A stretch of DNA of 64,000 bases from Basidiobolus meristosporus CBS 931.73 (taxonomy: Eukaryota; Fungi; Basidiobolomycota). Both the position numbers and the translations under genes were made by a program. Shown piece after piece: positions 60,418 to 64,000 of the stretch. Numbering within the stretch: position 1 is the stretch's first letter; each line of letters opens with the position of its first letter. Location of the stretch: the NCBI GenBank assembly GCA_002104905.1, contig MCFE01000184.1:1-64000 (forward strand), given 5' to 3'. Below the pieces are notes generated by a model. That model made no database searches. It had not been told where the DNA came from and was given only the letters and a program-made list of their open reading frames with translations.

Positions 60418-60787
60418 TGTTGCAATTTAAGAAGTGATATGGATACAAGGAACTTATCAAGAAATAGTGATAATAGTTGAATTGTTGTTTATTAGTAAAG
60501 AAGCTCAGTATTTATACTTTTGTAGAAGTAATACAGCTGTAACATTAAGTAAGGAGGCTTTCTCAATATTCAGGAGCATTTTGTAACAGTTTCAGGGTTG
60601 GTACATAATATTAGGTAAAAAGTGTTAATTTGATCTTCACTGTGGGGGAATAATCATAGGATCATAGATGTGAAGAAAGTGGCAAAGTTAGAGCTGTAAA
60701 TTAGTCCCACAGTGACCAGGACTAGTCCAGAATTGTTAAGTAAATTTTTAGCTGCTGAATGATATCAAATAGTCCAATATCTCAACA
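60418..60787 (-). repeat. Copia-3 solo LTR, TSD GTTGC
   Basis: TGTTGCAATTTAAGAAGTG...TCTCAACA matches 37450-37819; GTTGC at 60413-60417 and 60788-60792. Confidence 0.9.
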
Positions 60788-61582
60788 GTTGCATTATGCA
60801 GAACTAGTTGTAGGCCAATGTACTGCCATTATAATTTCTACAGAGATTCACAAGGAGGCCATCAAAAACTGTCAAGCTTTTGTCATATTGGGCAATTGGA
60901 TGTATTGGCTGGTTAGGTCTGCTTTAATAAATGTAGATGGCAGCAAGATCACCAAGATGTCATGCAATTCTTGCCAAAGAACTGCTCAAATACTGTTGTG
61001 CTCTTGAATTTATTTGGCAGTAAACCCAGCAAAACACTGGCATGATTCTGCTATCAGATTGTGTAGAGTATCAACAATTTCAACCTACCACCACTAATAT
61101 AGCTTAATTGCAGGATCCTTATTGCTGATCTGGATTAGATCTACTGGCAGAGCCAGATTATTTTTCTCAAGGAGTATCTCCATTGGAAGAACAGCAAATG
61201 GCCATTAGAATATCACTACCTACAATATTGGCAAGTATTTTTCAGCTCATTACTAAGCACCAATGAGGCAACTAGTTGCAGTGACTATAAGCTATATGCA
61301 TTGGTCCATAGAATTCTGGAAGTTGTCAAAGAATAGGATGAGCAGATGATACCTGTGGTGCAATAAATATTGCTGTTAAAGAGTGCAGTATGTTTGCTGC
61401 AAAGAGGTAACTCAAGTGGTGTAGTGTCACAGCCAAGGATTGAGTATTTCCAGATGTAAGGGCAGCAGAACACCATAAAGTGCTTGAACTACCACAAGAG
61501 TGATCAAATATAAAGCCCGCAGAAAAATCTATTGCAGCATGGCAGAGAGTGACTGTATTACTTATATCAAAATAAGCTTGTA

Positions 61583-62876
61583 AGCCTACCACCAGTCAGA
61601 GATGTGGAACATGCCATTGAAACAGGAGATAGCCCTCCAGTGAGTAAGACACCTTACAGAATGAGTCCATTGGAGTTGGAAAAGATGAAGAGACAAATAG
61701 ATCAGTTACTGGAGCAAGGATATATCAGACCCAGCAAGTCACCTTGGGGAGCACCAGTACTTTTTGTGAAGAAGTAGCATGGAACACTTGGGAAGCACAT
61801 TGACTACAGAGCCCTCAACTCAGTTACTGTAAAGAATAAGTGCCCATACCTTGTATTGATGAGCTCTTGGATCAACTCAATGGAGCCACTATTTTCAGTA
61901 AGATTGACCTCATGTCAGGATAAACCAGATTAGGGTGAAGCCAGGAGACATCCATGAGACAGCATTCAGGACCAGATATGGGCATTACATATACTTAGTT
62001 ATGAGTTTGGCCTCACCAATGCCCCTGCAACATTCATGACTCCAAATGACTGTCTTCCAGGAGTACTTAGACAAGTTTGTGATAATACACCTAGATGACA
62101 TGTAGACATACAGCAAGCCAGAAGAGGATTGCATGGTGCACATTAAAAAGGTCTTTAAGAAGCTAAGAGAAAACAAACTATTTGGCAAGCTAGCCAAGTG
62201 TGAGTTCTTTGGGGAACATGTTGAATATCTGGAACACATAGTGACTAGCACAGGAGTTACTTTAGACCCTAACAAGGTTGAAATTATCAAGAATCTGAAG
62301 CAGCCCCATAGTATATCAGAGCTCAGATCATTCCTTGGAATGGTTTCCTATTATTGGATGCTTGTCAAGTCCTTTGCAAGTATTGTAGCCCCTTTACAAG
62401 ACTTAGGGTTAGGGCTTGCAAGATTTGCTAATAATACTTAACCATTAAGATATTGGTATCACAAGAAAAGAGACTCAGGAGAACCCTCTCAACTTTAATA
62501 GGGGAGAATGTCATGATCCACTGCTTGAATGTTTAAGTTAGATCAGCTTTTAGTCAAATCAATTAGTTATATGTTCAGCTTATGAGTCTATCAGTATTAT
62601 CAATCAAATCAGTGGCATTAGTCAGCAAATGAATTAGCAGATCTTTATCAAACAGAAGTAGATATATTAGGCAGCATCTTATTGGGTGATGATGATACAA
62701 TCAAATGAGTCATCAGCCACAGCCTACATTAAGTAATACAACTAGTCAGCAATTGATCTGGCAAAATGTATATAAGGAGCGGCTGGAACCTCAATAAAAT
62801 CAGTTCAAGTTTTAGTGAATAAAATACTAGCTAAACTCCCTATTCCTCTACAACTCTTATACCAAGACTTGTAACA
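61583..62876 (+). mobile_element. 5'-truncated, internally deleted Gypsy-1 copy (RT fragment, PPT, 3' LTR 62509-62876)
   Basis: 61583-62400 is colinear with 24825-25640 and carries stops. It then jumps to the 3' end of pol, followed by PPT ATAGGGGAGAA and the LTR TGTCATGATC...GTAACA. Confidence 0.92.
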
Positions 62877-62879
62877 CAC

Positions 62880-63600
62880 TCACCAAGTAACTCCATTAAA
62901 ATCCACTGGTCAATAAGTATTTCTGCTGCAATGCTCTATTTCCATTACTCTGTGGGTACCCAACAGCTTTACACCACTGCTTACTCACTGGTTCCCATAT
63001 GTCCTAGCCTTTAGCCAGCACTGAAAGGTCTAGCTCCTCATCTACCACTCTTTGCAATTAGTACTTGCAATATTCAAGAGTATTTTCTTGAGCGCTACTT
63101 CTGAAAAAGTGCTACAACCTCTTGGCATGCCATTAGTGTTCCAAAATCTCACTGAGGGCTTTGTGATTGCCTCTTGAGTACTTAACATTGTTGCTTGGTC
63201 TGTTAGCTGGATCTTCAATTTGTCAACAATGCAGGAAGTAGGGGCTGTGGTAGACCAATGCCTTGCTCTGCATACTTATCTACCTCACTGGATTGCAGCT
63301 CAACTGTCTGTGCTTTCAACTCTTGTGAAAACAGTTGTTTTCTTGTTAGCAATTCTTCTTGCTATGATGGAACTTAGTCTGTTCCAGGCTTACCATGTTA
63401 ACTGGCAAGTACCACATCATTTTTCTCATGCATCCCTGTCTCTGGTTGGATAGACTTTTTTGCCTTTACCTTTTCCTTTATCACTGCCAGGTCTTTCACT
63501 ACTACTTTGTCTGAGTGCATCTTGAATTGAGCTATGTTTACTCCTTGATAAATACCTATGAAAAATAATTTGGTCCTGCAGGTTAAAACAATCCAGATGA
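62880..63600 (-). pseudogene. Decayed CACTA accessory ORF region
   Basis: Reverse complement of 31250-31960 (e.g. TTTACCTTTTCCTTTATCACTGCCAGGTCTTTCAC, AGAGTATTTTCTTGAG). Confidence 0.6.
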
Positions 63601-64000
63601 GCCATCAAGATCTTGTCAGGAGAGTGCAATACTACCAATAGCTTGGAATTAATGACAATCTACACAATCTTATGACAGGATTACAACAGCATTTGGCTCA
63701 TTTAACAGCCAATTAAACTTACAAAACATCATGATGTTTGTATAGTGCTTTGCTGAGGGTGACATGGCATTGTTATGGTCTTGGTGCACTCTACAACAAC
63801 TTGAGTGGATCTAATCTGCCAGTATATCTAATTGCCCAATATAGCAAAAACTTAATGATGTCTTGATGGCCTCTTAGCAGGCCTCTGATGGTAATAAATT
63901 GGCAGTATGGCTGACTATAGCCAGTTCTGTATAATGTTACCATGCCAATTTACCAAATGGTATTTCCTTTTTCTACCTCCCCTTGGCCAATTTATATATA

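Noticed and set aside
62877-62881. CACTC as a CACTA terminus
   Set aside because: It is simply the flank of the Gypsy-1 LTR inside accessory-ORF relic sequence, and no matching inverted terminus was found.

Overview
This 64-kb window is eukaryotic, probably fungal, and is almost entirely nested transposable elements. I found no host gene, RNA gene or CRISPR array. The substrate is at least four heavily decayed, CpG-depleted copies of a large CACTA/EnSpm-like DNA transposon, whose Tnp2-type transposase lies head-to-head with a second, unidentified ORF. Inserted into this substrate are: a very young full-length Ty1/Copia element (10500-15185, identical 350-bp LTRs, TSD AAATT) plus an older decayed copy; an internally deleted second Copia family; a third Copia fragment and its solo LTR; an older Ty3/Gypsy family (22902-27809, TSD CTGT) with solo, tandem and truncated derivatives; a young CpG-rich Ty3/Gypsy element (52273-59045, TSD CACTG); and a MITE/fold-back family with AGACTTGTTCCA termini and 3-bp AAT/ATT TSDs. 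The most notable observations are (1) a reconstructable ~389-aa third ORF of unknown type in the young Gypsy, which also lacks a polypurine tract next to its 3' LTR; (2) a tandem LTR array that has captured the host flank of a neighbouring inverted solo LTR, consistent with template switching; (3) a fold-back element whose spacer is duplicated in inverted orientation; and (4) the divergent two-gene CACTA architecture. All comparisons were made by eye; no database search or alignment was run.
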